The notes under the pieces: generated by a model | What the model was told of the DNA's origin: nothing | The model's input: only the letters and a program-made list of their open reading frames with translations | Databases searched by the model: none | Translations under genes and position numbers: made by a program | Part shown: positions 23,934-36,714 of the stretch, piece after piece | Layout: every line of letters starts with the position of its first letter | Position numbering within the stretch: the first letter of the stretch is position 1 | Assembly: GCF_006345805.1 (NCBI RefSeq) | Contig: NC_042998.1 | Location: forward strand, 97,154,001 to 97,218,000 | Source of the DNA: Octopus sinensis | Taxonomy: Eukaryota | DNA length: 64,000 nucleotides | Direction of reading: 5' to 3'

Positions 23934-24950
23934 TCATCATCATCATCATCATCATCATCATCGTTTAACGTCCGTTCTCCATGCTAGCATGGGTTGGACG
24001 GTTCGACCGGGGATCTGGGAATCCAGAAGGCTGCACCAGGCTCCAGTCTTATCTGGCAATGTTTCTACAGCTGGATGCCCTTCCTAACGCCATACATATA
24101 TACAATGAGCTTCTTTCAGTTTCCGTCTACCAAATCCACTCACATGGCTTTGGTCGGCCTGAGGCTATAGTAGAAGACACTCACCCAAGGTGCCATGCAG
24201 TGGGAATGAACCCAGAACCATGTGGTTGGTAAGCAAGCTTCTTACCACATAGCCACTCCTGCACCTAGATTCATTGACATCAAGATCATGGTCTGCAGCA
24301 GTGAAGTTTCTACAATAACATATTTTCTCGATTGTCTCTGTCTTTCCTATTGAGAATACATACCTGTGTTGTTTGTGAGAATCAGAGACCTTTGAATTTT
24401 TCTGTTCACCGGTCCTGTGTTGATGGGTAAGTGTACAAGAAGCCATATAAAAAATATGCAGCTTTGCAGCATGGTCTTGTAAATATATGTAATAGTCTTT
24501 TACAAGCATATAAAAGACTATTACATGCTTTTACATGCATGTAGTAGTCTTTTAGTATTACATACATTAATAGTAAAATGCATGTAATAGCATTTTGCTA
24601 TTACATACAAAAATAATAGCCTGTAATTATTTTTGCGTTTTTGGGTAGCTGAGCAGTGGGGTCACAGGGGTTTATTCTTGCAGTTTATGCAGAATCTTCA
24701 ACTGATCGCTAACCCATATTATCACAAATGAATCTGTGATCAGTATAACATGGTTCACAACTGAGTGAGCCATGTTATCCCAGATCAGTGCTGAATGAAT
24801 CAGTGATAAATGAGGTTACTTGTATTGAACTGTCAAAGGTTAATTCTGTTTGATGCATGTATAAAAGATATTAGGTTGCAACCCAGTCAAGAAATGCCAA
24901 ATATTAAGAAGTGGATATCAAAAACATAACAAAGTTTTTCTTTTACTCAC

Positions 24951-25077
24951 TTTGTATTCTTGTCTCGACTATAATTAGAGGGACATGGTATTAAAACACA
25001 ATGGTAGGCACCTCTTGTATTAAAACACATTTGGTCAGGACCACAATCTATTGCCCTCTCTTTGCATTCATTAATAT
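24951..25077 (-). CDS. HMCN1: Hemicentin exon, last EGF-Ca module ([42 protein letters not shown])
   Basis: Not in the ORF track; hand-translated. ttttcag acceptor and AA|gtgagt donor; phase 1 to 2 fits the terminal exon. Confidence 0.93.
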
Positions 25078-25436
25078 CTGAAAATAAATTATTAGTAAAA
25101 GAATTGAGTTAAACTTGTTTTGTTCAATTAAAAGATGAGAATTATTATTGTAAAAAAAAAAAAATCTGTAGCAATAACCAATTAGAATTGGTGTGCATTA
25201 CAAAAAATGTATAAGTATCTATGTATTCGGTACTATTCTTGTACATATTGCTTTTTTTATTCTTTACTGTTCCACAACGATCATTGAAAAATTTGTTGTT
25301 TCTGGAAAATGAAAATTAAAAATTTAAAGCACAGACATTTTATATTATGTCTGAATCTTATATTTGCTTTTGAGTTTTGTATATGGAATTCAAAACTATG
25401 AATTACTTTAGGAGTATTTTCAAATAAGCTACCTAC

Positions 25437-25556
25437 CTTCACATGAGCTTCCATCTGCTTTCAGTCTATAACCATCTGGACAGATACACTTATAAGAGCC
25501 TATTTCATTGATACAACTGTGTTGACAATGTTTGAATCTCTCACATTCATTGATGT
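25437..25556 (-). CDS. HMCN1: Hemicentin exon, EGF-Ca (DINECERFKHCQHSCINEIGSYKCICPDGYRLKADGSSCE)
   Basis: Not in the ORF track. ttacag acceptor, G|gtaggt donor, 120 bp, phase 1-1, six Cys with Ca-binding consensus. Confidence 0.93.
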
Positions 25557-26221
25557 CTGTAACATAGAAGCAATGAACACACTCAGAAGGAATATTTTAA
25601 ACAAAGAAACCCTGTTCTAGCTGATAAAATTAATGAAGTAACATTAGTGGAGAATAAAGTAAAATACAAACCAATTTTTACTGTAATTTTCTCCCTAAAA
25701 TAAAAACTTTAAAGGATTCGCAGTCCTTATAATTATTTGAAGAAATAATCTTTATCTGATTATAATTGCCGATGTGTTTCTTTATATTTTGCAACATCAG
25801 ATTAAGAATTAAAACAAGCCAGACTTTATTTAAGAATTCTTTCAATCATCTTTGTTCATTATCTTTCATGCACAATAGTCTTGAAATTAATTGAATAGAA
25901 AAAGTAGTAATTAACATGATCCTAATTTCATTTAATGCATCTCTCTCTTAAAATTCAAATTAAATAGCATGCTTCATTCTATCAGTTTCAATTATCATGC
26001 TACAGCTGATATCCAGGTTTCTACATAATTTTGTTGAAATAACATGCATAAATATTTTTCTTTTTCCCTTTTTTTTTATAACATTTATATTATGGGCCTG
26101 TTCATATGTTCTTCACAATATTAAAATTATTAGTTCAACTCTGTTGAAAAAATTGATAAAAGAGATTATGAAAGATATGTTTTCCTTGATATATATATGC
26201 ATACATACATACATACATATA

Positions 26222-26252
<31 letters not shown>

Positions 26253-26259
26253 TATATAT

Positions 26260-26291
<32 letters not shown>

Positions 26292-26405
26292 TATATATAT
26301 ATTTGGAGTCTGGTGCAGTCTTCCAATATCCCAGCCTGGTCAAACTGCCCAACCCATGCCAGCATGGATAATGGACATTAAATGATGATGATGATGATGA
26401 TGATG

Positions 26406-26452
<47 letters not shown>

Positions 26453-26536
26453 GGAACACTAATAAGGTGAATTGCTAGATTATTTAATGTTTCTATTACT
26501 GTTAAGAATGCTGAAAGAATACCTGTTTTCTTTATG

Positions 26537-26576
<40 letters not shown>

Positions 26577-28911
26577 GTATCAAATAAAGTTTTAGTTGGT
26601 GCATTTTATATTGCAAAAAGCAGTGTCAGGAAAAAGGATATTCTCAAAACAGGTAAAAAAAAACAAGTGCACAAGTGATGTAGATTGTGGTAACGTGACA
26701 AAGAACAAAAGAGGATTTGCGTGCTTGTAGACATATGATAACAGGTGCATTACAGTATCTGGGATTAGTTATCATGAGTAGCACAAGGGACGGTAAGATA
26801 ATTATGTGTAAAATCAACGAACATATTGTTGATTGATTTTACAAATGATTTTGCTCATTATTGTTTTTATTGATGAATCAATTAATTTCTACATTGTAGA
26901 TATTTATTCAAGAACCATTTATAATTAATATCTTTAATTACTGCAAGAACAAATAATAGCAATATACTGGTCTTTGGAGTTAATCTCTTGGGTAATATTT
27001 GAGTAGTGGAGATTATTTCAGCTCTTATTTATTATCTGAGAACTAACACACTATTAATGCTTTCTAATTTATGTAATTACTAATATTGTTCTAATAACAG
27101 TCTTTCATTAGGATCATCTTAACTTCTTCCTGATTGTTTTACTTTGGTTTGCAGATTTATTCCCTATCAATGAATACTTAACTATTAAACACCTTAAATT
27201 CTTCCATTCTATCTTTACCCTTATTCTCTATTTTTAACTCTTGGTACATATGGGTTTAGTATTCTACATACCTTAGTTATAAATAAAACTCTATCTTTCT
27301 GAATGGCTGCATTCTTTAAATACTTCCACTTTTCTCAGTTCAGTATTCTTTCAAACTTACCTGATACAATGTTGGAAGGTATATACAGCTTACATTAGAC
27401 ACACCTTTTGGAAATAATACAGCCAACCCAGACCCTGCTATTTTATTGAATAGATTCTTGCTATAAAAACAAAAGATGAATCTTTAGTGCTTAATATGAA
27501 TGCAGAATATCTATTTTTCCATCATCCATTTAAAGGTAATAGAATTCAAATTCAAGTCCTGTCACATATCCTGCACTTATTTCTTCACTTTATTTCTCAC
27601 CATATTTGTTGCTTAAAATTTTAAAACTGATTTAATAATTGAGTTTCTTATTTGATAATTATATAAACAATTTAAAAAAAACTGTTTTGGCATTTTTTCT
27701 ATGCATGGTATTACTATTTTTCCTCAACTGTTTACAGGTAAGGAAAGTTATGTCTTTTCTGGTATGTAACTAAATATTACTGATAAGTCTTATCAGAAGT
27801 ATAGTAACTCATCTCAATAAGTTCAAATAAATATGGTGAGTTAAACCAAATGTTCCATTGACAGTGATAATATCTAGAGGAAGATGTTTCTTCACTCACC
27901 TTTGGGGTGTGTGAGTGTAATTTTGATCAGGTGGAATTGATGTTGTCATACCTTATCCACTGATCATAAGGTGTTTCAAATCTGAACTGTAACACCCTCC
28001 CATCAGTGGGTCAGCAATGGTAGCCAAACCACTGCTAATTATCCCCTCCTGGCTTCCAACTTAGCTCTTCTCTCTTGCTCTATAACCAGCAAAAGATTCA
28101 AGCAATTTTTCAATTATTTAAATAATGCTGTCTAAATGAACCATCAGTTTTAGATAAATATTTGTATTTGTTAATGCTTGGAAATATAATAAAAATGAGA
28201 GAAAGTAGAATATTTACTAATTATTTTTGATAAATAATTAACAAATAATTAATTTCAGTTAAATTCACCAGACTCTTGATTAAAGATTGTATCTTATCAT
28301 TGGTATTTTGCTGCTCTCTGAGCAAGCTACTAGAACTTATCTGTTCTCCTTGACTAAAATAAAGATAGGTTATAATAGACAGAGAACAAAGTCAATGCTG
28401 GTGAATAAAACCAATTGGAAACTTCAGTGCATAATTTGAGACAAGCATCTTGTTTAAATACATAACAAGCATAAATACTATCCAAACATTGGTCTTTATT
28501 AACTAAATATTTCTAAATTCAAATTCAATTCATAATTATTGCTCATATTAATAAGAGCTTTAACACTTCTAAAGAAAAAAAGAGGCAAAAGAATGGATCC
28601 CATCATATATAGATGTTACATTTCCTTTTTAATTGACTTTATTAAGAGTGAATCAGCGTTCATGGACAGCACTCAAAAATTGATAATAAACTTACCACTA
28701 TCATTTCTCTTTTTCTTAAAAATTGTAAACCAATATTAATTTATGGGGTACACACAGAACAGAAAGAATCTAAACAAAATGTATTTGTTTGTTCTTAATA
28801 GGTCTTGACAGACTTGCATGTGAATATCTAATCATTGTTGTTTTTTGTTGTTGGCAAATACCTCAGCCCTTTAGATGATGTGTGTTCATAACATACATGT
28901 ATAAATACATA

Positions 28912-30138
28912 CAGTGTCCTGCCAAAATGTATACACACTTTAACTGACAGTTGATGACTTACTTAATTTTTATTTATTTTTAGATTTAACCTATTATAAA
29001 TAATGAAGAAAGCCAGACTAAGCTTTGAACAAAGGAAATTTATCCTTAAGTGTTATTGGATGTTTGAAAACACAACTGATGTTCAAAGACGGTTTAGGAA
29101 GGAGTTTCAAACAGGTTCACTTATCATCTTGCTGTCAGTCAAGTTACAGATAAGGTTGAAACATTTAGAACTGTTCAGAATGTCTACAAGAAATGTTCCA
29201 GAAGATTGCAGACATCGATGAGTTCCCATTAACGAAGGAAGGCTACTAGAAATGCATTGTCAGGGTTCAAAAAATCTGTATAGCAAACAAGTCGTGAGAT
29301 ATGAATTTCAAACTCAAATATCCATCACAATTTGCATTACTATCATCAGAAAGTTACATCCCAAGAATGGTCGATTCTCTTAATGAAGATGGTCTGGACT
29401 GAAGAGCAGAGTTTTGTGAGTGGTGCTAAGCAAGATATGTAGAAGATGCAGATTTTCCAACAAAGATTGTTTGGATTGATGAAGTTATGCTTATATTCAA
29501 TAGCTTAATCAACCACCATAATTGCACCTACCTGGGACCTGAAAATCCATATGTTACAAAGGAACATCATATTAATTTACCAGGAATTACAGTATTGTGC
29601 AACTTATCATCAAAAGGATTAATTCTTTTTTGGTGTTACTATAACTCATCCTATTTACTTGAACCTTCTCTGACAATCTGTCATGCCAAGTATTCAAGAA
29701 ATCTTTGAAGATGTGGACCTTTATTTCCAGGGAAATGGATCATCCCCATCCTTGCTTATCAATGTAAAGACTTATCTCGAAATTTTGCTAAAGAGATGGA
29801 GTAGACAAAGATGTTCTGTAGAATCCCCTCCACATTCACCGAACCTTACATCACTAGACTGTTTTTAATGGAGATACAAGATTAGGCCATAAAACCAGCA
29901 ACAGTCAACAAATTGAGGGCAGCCACTGAATGAGAATGCATATAAATATTGATTAGAATATTCCTTGATGTTTGTGCTTCCATTGCTTTATATTATCTGT
30001 AGTATCTAGACCAGAGCAGTCATCATTTTCAAAATAAGTATTCATAAAAGAATTCCATTACATTTTGAAAATGAAATTTTTTTATAAACACTGACTTGAT
30101 AAGTATTCAGTGTGATATACATTTTTTGGGATACCCTG
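28912..30138 (+). mobile_element. Decayed Tc1/mariner-superfamily transposon, DD41D (rosa/Visitor)-like
   Basis: TA flanks; imperfect TIRs cagtgtcctgccaaaatgtatacacac and its right-end counterpart. N-terminal LSFEQRKFILKCYW...VQRRFRKEF, NHHNCTY..PENP, and YFQ-(D to N)-G...PPHSPNLTSLD with 40 residues between the last two catalytic positions. Confidence 0.85.
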
Positions 30139-30169
<31 letters not shown>

Positions 30170-30327
30170 TATGTGAAATTTCCTTTTTTCTTCCTGAAGA
30201 GAAAGACACAATATGGTCCCATTATTCAATCGGATTTTGGTAATTTGTGCCTTTCGAAACACGTGTAGAATGAAATAAAACGATTTCTGTTCAATCTGCG
30301 TTCAGCTCCATTTCTTCATTCACCAAT

Positions 30328-30396
<69 letters not shown>

Positions 30397-30623
30397 TATG
30401 AACTTCATTTCAGTTATTATGAAAGGTTGGCAGGTAGAAAAATGGGGAAATGTAACATTTTCTATAGTGAGACTATTGCAATGATATTAAATCTTGTACA
30501 TAACAAAGTGACATTAGGTTAATAAATTTAAGCATTGATGTTAAGGATGGCATTGTGTTTTTTTTTAATTTATGAAGCAAGGAGGTTTTAATGGGTAAGC
30601 TATTTGAAATGGAGATGATATAC

Positions 30624-30821
30624 CAATGCATGTTGCATGTTGTTGATCATACTGATGTCCAGGTGGACAGGCTGGAGCATCTGCCAGTTGGATCTTGTCT
30701 GAGTCAAGAGGAGAAAGGAATATTGATTTGTTGAGTCTATGGAAAGGAATATCATCAAAGATGCGTGAATTTTCCCCGGGTAATCTACCACCCCTTGCAT
30801 CCTCATCAACATGTACCAGCC
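30624..30821 (-). CDS. HMCN1: Hemicentin linker exon (GLVHVDEDARGG...DAPACPPGHQYDQQHATCI)
   Basis: ctcttacag acceptor, G|gtatat donor, 198 bp, open, phase 1-1. Ends in the CP.G...C. half-module that precedes the penultimate EGF. The ORF track shows a different frame. Confidence 0.8.
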
Positions 30822-30985
30822 CTGTAAGAGAAACAATATCATTGTTTTCTATAAACAGAATATATATTAGGTCTATATGTACTCATATCTTATCTGTGCT
30901 TTGGAAAAAACTGTAGCTTGAAGTAACACATCCTTCCAAGTTTTAAAAAAGTAATTAAGCATTATCTGAGTTAAAACTCTATTAA

Positions 30986-31187
30986 GTCTTTAGCATTCAG
31001 ATTTCTCTGTCAAATTTAATGTTTATTTATTCACATTGTTTTGAATTAATCATGCATAGTCTTATAGCTTTGAGATTTTAATGATGTGATTGTTTGTTTT
31101 TAGAACGATGGTATACAATAGATGTGAGAGGCTGAATCTGGCTGGTTTGAACATAAAAGAAGAAGAATATTTTGGCTGGATAAAGGG
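30986..31187. mobile_element. piggyBac-type MITE, family 1, diverged copy
   Basis: Colinear similarity to 996-1215, TTAA flanks, right end AAAGGG|TTAA. Confidence 0.75.
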
Positions 31188-33658
31188 TTAAATAACTGAA
31201 GGAAGCATTTTTAAAATGGATAATATTTGTGAAAATATTCAGCCTTTGCAGCTGCTGAACACAGGATTAATATCTATCTAATTCTTTACGTAACTTAAAA
31301 TTTTTCTATCTTATATTCAAAATATGTATTAAATGCTCCAGACCTCTAGTGCAAGTTTCAACCTAATTCTGGTATAATTCTCTATTGAGTGTATCTGCAA
31401 AAAATATTTAATGATGTATATACATTTTCATTACAGATTTCAAGTTCATTTTTATTGATTGTTTTTTAACTTTTAGTCTTTTATATCAATGATATTAGTA
31501 TCACTATGGAAGTAAAGTGCTGTGGTACAATTTGGAACCAATAACACAGTTTACAAACTGTATGCTTGGAATGACCAATTTTAAATACTATTGGAACTCA
31601 TACACAAGGTACATGAAACATATACCATTCTGCTTAAATAATGGAACTGCAGATACAATATACCTGCCTGCATATCTCACGTCTGTTTTCATTCCTCCTC
31701 TTCACTCTCTATTTTAAATCACAACCCTCTACAAACTTAGTATCCTGCAAGTCCTCTCTTGATATTTCCCTCCCCTTTGTGAACTTACAACACCAACAAC
31801 AGAGGATCACAACTGCCCTGATGAAAAATTCACTGCATTAAACAGTGACTTAGGATGAGATAATACCATCATGAAAAAATGTATATAATAATATCAAAAA
31901 GGATGCTAACACCTACAAGGATGACATAAAGAGAATATAAAGAATGGAATATCCTCATAATCATCATTAAACATCCACTTTTCCATGCTTACATGGGTCA
32001 GATGGAATCTGTTGAGGCAGATTTTCTGGTCAGATGCCTTTCCTGTTGCCAACCCTCACTTGTTTCCGAGCAAGGTCATATTTTCCCATAGCCAAACACG
32101 TTTTTCGAGGAAGGTTAGAAATGAACAATATTCTTTTCTACTCAAGGCACAAGGCCCGAAATTTTGGGGGAGGGGGCCAGTCGATTAGCTTGACCCCAGC
32201 ATGCAACTGGTACTTAATTTATCGACCCTGAAAGGATGAGAGGCAAAGTCAACCTCAGCAGGATTTGAACTCAGAACATAAAGACAGACGAAATATTGCT
32301 AAGCATTTCGCCTGGCATGCTAACGTTTCTGCCAGCTTACCACCTTAGAAATGAACAATATTGCTTGTATGACAGTGAAGCTCGTTTACAATCATGATGT
32401 CAAGAAATCAGTATGCACAAACACACACATGTGTATGTGTGTGTGTATACATGATAGGCTTATTTTAGCTTCTATTTAATTGATGGGCTATAGTAGAAAT
32501 CGTTTGTCCATAGTTTTGTGCAGTGGGACTGAATCCAAGACCACAGGATTGAGAAATAAACTCCTTAGCTACAAAGCCATACAGGTACCTATTAATATTT
32601 GAAAAATATTGGTTTCAAGTTTTGGCACAAGGCCAGCAATTTCAGGGGTAGGGTAGGGGGGTATGTCGATTACATTGACCCCAGAGCTCAAATGGTACTT
32701 ATTTTATCAACCCTGAAATGATGAAAGACAAAGTTGACCTAGATGGAATTTGAACTCAACTTAAAGATGGATGAAATACTTCTAAGTATTTTTGCCTGGT
32801 GTGCTAATGATTCTACCAACTTGCTGTCTTTAATATATGAATGATATTAATTATATATAATGTTATTACTGAGCAGAGAATAGTTACTAAGAGGCAACTT
32901 TCCATTCATCTATCTCTTTATACTTTTATAGTGTTGAATGTTTTAGCATGAAAAGTAGGGTTATGAATAATAAAATTGATGACTATGAAAGACGACACAT
33001 AAAGGAATTCGGAATGTGTTAGAATCATATAAACCACCTTTATTTCGTTAAATGATCTGACTACATATCTATATGCATATTAGCAGCTATATTTTATTTC
33101 CTAATTATAAATCCATACCATTCACAACTTTTATAAATTTTGCATTTGAAATTAAATGTATTAGCATTATTGATAGAAAGGTGAAAGTGTTTTGACTCAG
33201 AGGAAGTTTTAGTTTGAGCTCTTTGAAAGATTTTGATGACAGAAATGTTACAAGTTAACATGCTTACTAAGGTAAAGCACTGATAAGACAGAAATCAGAA
33301 ACAGGTATAGTTACTGTTTATGGGAAACTTTTGTTGGTAAATTTCTATTTTAATAGTTTTTATTATATTCATTAATAACTTTAACAATTTTAATTCCATA
33401 GTTGATGTTCTTTAAATCTGAGAAGTTTGTAATAATATCCCTCATTAAACATCATATCTTTCAGTGATACACACACACACAAGCACGCGCACACACACAC
33501 ATACACACTTCATGTATATACATATTTTTATATCTATATCTGTATTTCTCCATGTGTGTGTGTGTGTGTGTGTGTTTGTGTCCGTGTGCGTCCAGAACAA
33601 AAATAAAGTATAGTTTAACGATGTCATTTTATGAGTAAAAACATAAAAATCTATTCAC

Positions 33659-33781
33659 CAACACATGACTTCTTATCAGGCAGTCTGAGCTGACCTGGTG
33701 GGCAAAGACACTCATAATTGCCATCTGTATTTACACATCGATCCAAACAAATATCTGGTTTTTCAGTACATTCATCGATAT
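33659..33781 (-). CDS. HMCN1: Hemicentin exon, EGF-Ca (DIDECTEKPDICLDRCVNTDGNYECLCPPGQLRLPDKKSCV)
   Basis: Not in the ORF track. ttttcag acceptor, G|gtgaat donor, 123 bp, phase 1-1. Confidence 0.93.
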
Positions 33782-34145
33782 CTGAAAATGGAAGGTAAAA
33801 TTGAAGGCTAAGTTGACCCTTCTCTAAATATATTCAAACACATTGAACATTTTATGTGATCGAGGCTTTCAACACTTTGAAATATTTGTTGATGTCCTAC
33901 AATAAATATAAATATGAAATACTGTAAAACACAAGGGATATAAAGAAAGAGCAAAGAGAAAAGCTCAAGTCAAAGATCATTAGTAAACAGCAGAGCCTCG
34001 ATATTACTCACAGCCAAAAGAAATAAGAAGTTACATTTGAAATAAACAAAAAAATATTATACAAAAATTTTACAATATTGGTTTTGACATGCCATTTCAT
34101 ATTGCTAGACATGAAAAGAATATGTCACCTGTTTAGGAACATTCT

Positions 34146-34373
34146 TATTTCTTTATTGCCCACAAGGGGCTAAACCTAGAGGGGACAAACAAGGACAGAC
34201 AAAGGGATTAAGTCGATTACATCGACCCCGGTACGTAACTGGTACTTAATTTATCGACCCCGAAAGGATGAAAGGCAAAGTCGACCTTGGCGGAATTTGA
34301 ACTCAGAATGTAACGGCAGACGAAATACCGCAAAGCATTTTGCCCGGTGTGCTAACGTTTCTGCCAGTTTGCC
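34146..34373 (-). mobile_element. tRNA-derived SINE family A, young near-complete copy
   Basis: Perfect 14-bp TSD TTTAGGAACATTCT (34132-34145 and 34374-34387); B-box-like GAGTTCAAATTCC; CpGs retained. Older copies at approx. 1795-1959(-), 1966-2102(+), 7012-7200(+), 8575-8880(+), 19085-19292(-), 32140-32345(-), 32610-32830(-), 44005-44128(-), 46630-46785(-), 51660-51825(-), 56370-56570(-). Confidence 0.85.
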
Positions 34374-34391
34374 TTTAGGAACATTCTGCAA

Positions 34392-34570
34392 CAGTATTTC
34401 TCAACCATTTTTCACCTATGGACCCCTTTGATTTCTATTTTACTTGGATGGACCCTCCTAGCCATATGATGTTTAAAAACTCATTATACTTTTATAAATA
34501 AATATTATTAGGAATTTTATATTTAAAAAACTGTTAAAATATTTTGTGCATAATAGAAGTATAACCCTTT
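34392..34570 (+). mobile_element. hAT MITE fragment (left end only; right boundary approx.)
   Basis: cagtatttctcaacc terminus and internal similarity to 53939-54588. Confidence 0.5.
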
Positions 34571-35129
34571 CTGGAGAGCTGAAAAGTGACAATGATTCCA
34601 ACAGGATTTGAATTTAGAACAATGAGGCACCAGTGATCAACTGTTTTGGTATCTGCAATATTACTAAAAGAAATCATTACTAATGCATGACTACAGGTTT
34701 GGAATTTAAGTAAGCAGAAGAAATTAATAAATTAATATTTAGTCTAACATGCAATATAATACTAAAAGGAATCAATGATTTTGAATTTGAGATTGTGAAG
34801 ACTAAGATAACAAGCACTAAATTGCAAACAAAACTTTGATTTAGCATGCCAAGATTTCCGAATCTAATCATCATCATCTTTACACAATATATTTCTTCAT
34901 AGATGCACACATGCACACATACATATACACAGGGTCAGATTAAGTTAGTGTTGACCCAATAGTATGTCATAAAGGGGCACTGAATTATAAGATTTACCTA
35001 TTTTATAATTGTAATTATATAAGTATAATTATTTATGGATCCATCTTTTCTATTTGAAGGACCAATGCAAATGGATCAACAAGCATGAAAATAAAAGTGA
35101 ATTCAGGAGTCCTACTAAACTGTCACTCC

Positions 35130-35440
35130 ATCAGTTATGATGACGAGGGTTCCAGTTGATCTGATCAATGGAGCAGCCTGGTTGTGAAATCAACGTGTGA
35201 GTGGCTGAGCACTCCACAGACGTATGTACCCTTAACATAGTTCTCAGGGTGATTCCATGTGACACAGAATGTAACAAAACCGACCATTTGAATTACAGGT
35301 ATGACTCATTTTTGCCAGCTGAGTAGACTGGAACAACAAAAAATAAGGAGTCTTGCTCAAGGACACAATGTACAACTGGGAATTGAACTTATGACCTATG
35401 ATCTTGAGCCGAATACCCTAACCACTGAGTCACATACCTT
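35130..35440 (-). mobile_element. tRNA-derived SINE family D (CORE/Deu-like central domain)
   Basis: tRNA-like head plus a tgtgtccttgagcaagac...ctccagtccactcagctg-type block. Other copies at approx. 19590-19850 and 54740-54930. Confidence 0.7.
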
Positions 35441-36714
35441 CACCTACCATTTATTAATTTATTTAAAACTTGATATCTATCTGTTTGCTGATGTGTTTGA
35501 GATATTTAAAAAAGACAAACCCAAGAAGATAACAGTTTAGATTAGGTAAATTACGTGGTACATGTGAATGGTCATATCCATCTCTTCCATGCATCCTCAT
35601 ATTGTTTTGTATCAGACCTAAAAACACAAATCTTAAATGCAACAACATTATGTGAATTCACTAAATGTAGCATTGTCACTTAAACAACTAAGATTTACAT
35701 GTTAGATATTCTTTTCTGGTACACGAATTGAATACTAAGTAATTTTTTTTTATTTGACTTTGAAACTGTGACTATATTAATTTAAACTTGCTATTTGTGC
35801 AAAAATATTTTGCAAAAACACATAGGTTAAAGTGGAAATTGTATACAATAATATATCATATCTGCTTAAATTTCTGAATTGATTTAATGGAGTTGCTTGA
35901 CATTGTGTTGTCTATAATGTATTAGTAATAATCTGATTTGTTCAATCAATCTTAATTATGAAAAAAACAAACTTAATTATTGTGTGACAAATTTGGATGT
36001 TATGACAATGACATACTGTGTACTGCATTACTGAATGTGTCCTCCAAATTTGTTGGCTTTGTATCTATGTAAGAAATCATTGTAAGATGAATTTAGTGTA
36101 TTAAAATAGAGAAATAGAAAGGCAATTTTATGAATCAGCAATTGACAAAGAGTCTAACCATTTATCATTGCCATTCACTTCAACTATTTTAATTTATTTA
36201 ATTTAAAATGTATTGGGTCTTGAATACTAGACCTATTTCAAACATCTTGTTATCCATGGAAGATGAAAGCAGCATACAAACTATAGTAATAGAACAAGAG
36301 CAGAATCCCTTAATCAGAAAAGATAACTTGCAAGCCAACATTCCCTTTAAGATGCATAGGTATACAGCTGTATGAGTGCATAGCTGCATGAGTGCACAGC
36401 AGCACAATTGCTGCATTGACGATGCTCTTTATAATTTACAAATGTCTATTTGATAAGCTGTGTGAAAAATTTGAATGCTACACACTAACTTTGATTTAAA
36501 AAATATTTAATGAAAACATCAAAAGTTCTGCTCAGTGTTTGGGGACATTTGGATGAAACCTTGCTTGTGAGCTTTTGATATAAAGTGCATTGGATCTAGT
36601 ATTACATCAGCCTTAAACACCCAGTAGTCATAAAGTTTGATGACAGAATAGTACTATAATAACAAAGCACTAAGAATGAGGTGCCTGAAAATATGAGATC
36701 TGTAGTGTTTGATA

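Noticed and set aside
24165-24509. 114-aa minus-strand ORF with an internal ACAG|gtatgt donor as a possible extra hemicentin exon
   Set aside because: No EGF or fibulin features, it overlaps SINE and palindromic DNA, and the flanking true exons already join in frame (phase 2).
27897-28080. Strong minus-strand donor AAG|gtgagt as a possible hidden exon
   Set aside because: The upstream acceptors I tried give stops in the required phase-1 frame.
36198-36416. Cys-rich 72-aa minus-strand ORF in the EGF region
   Set aside because: Cys spacing does not fit EGF, and I saw no convincing splice boundaries.
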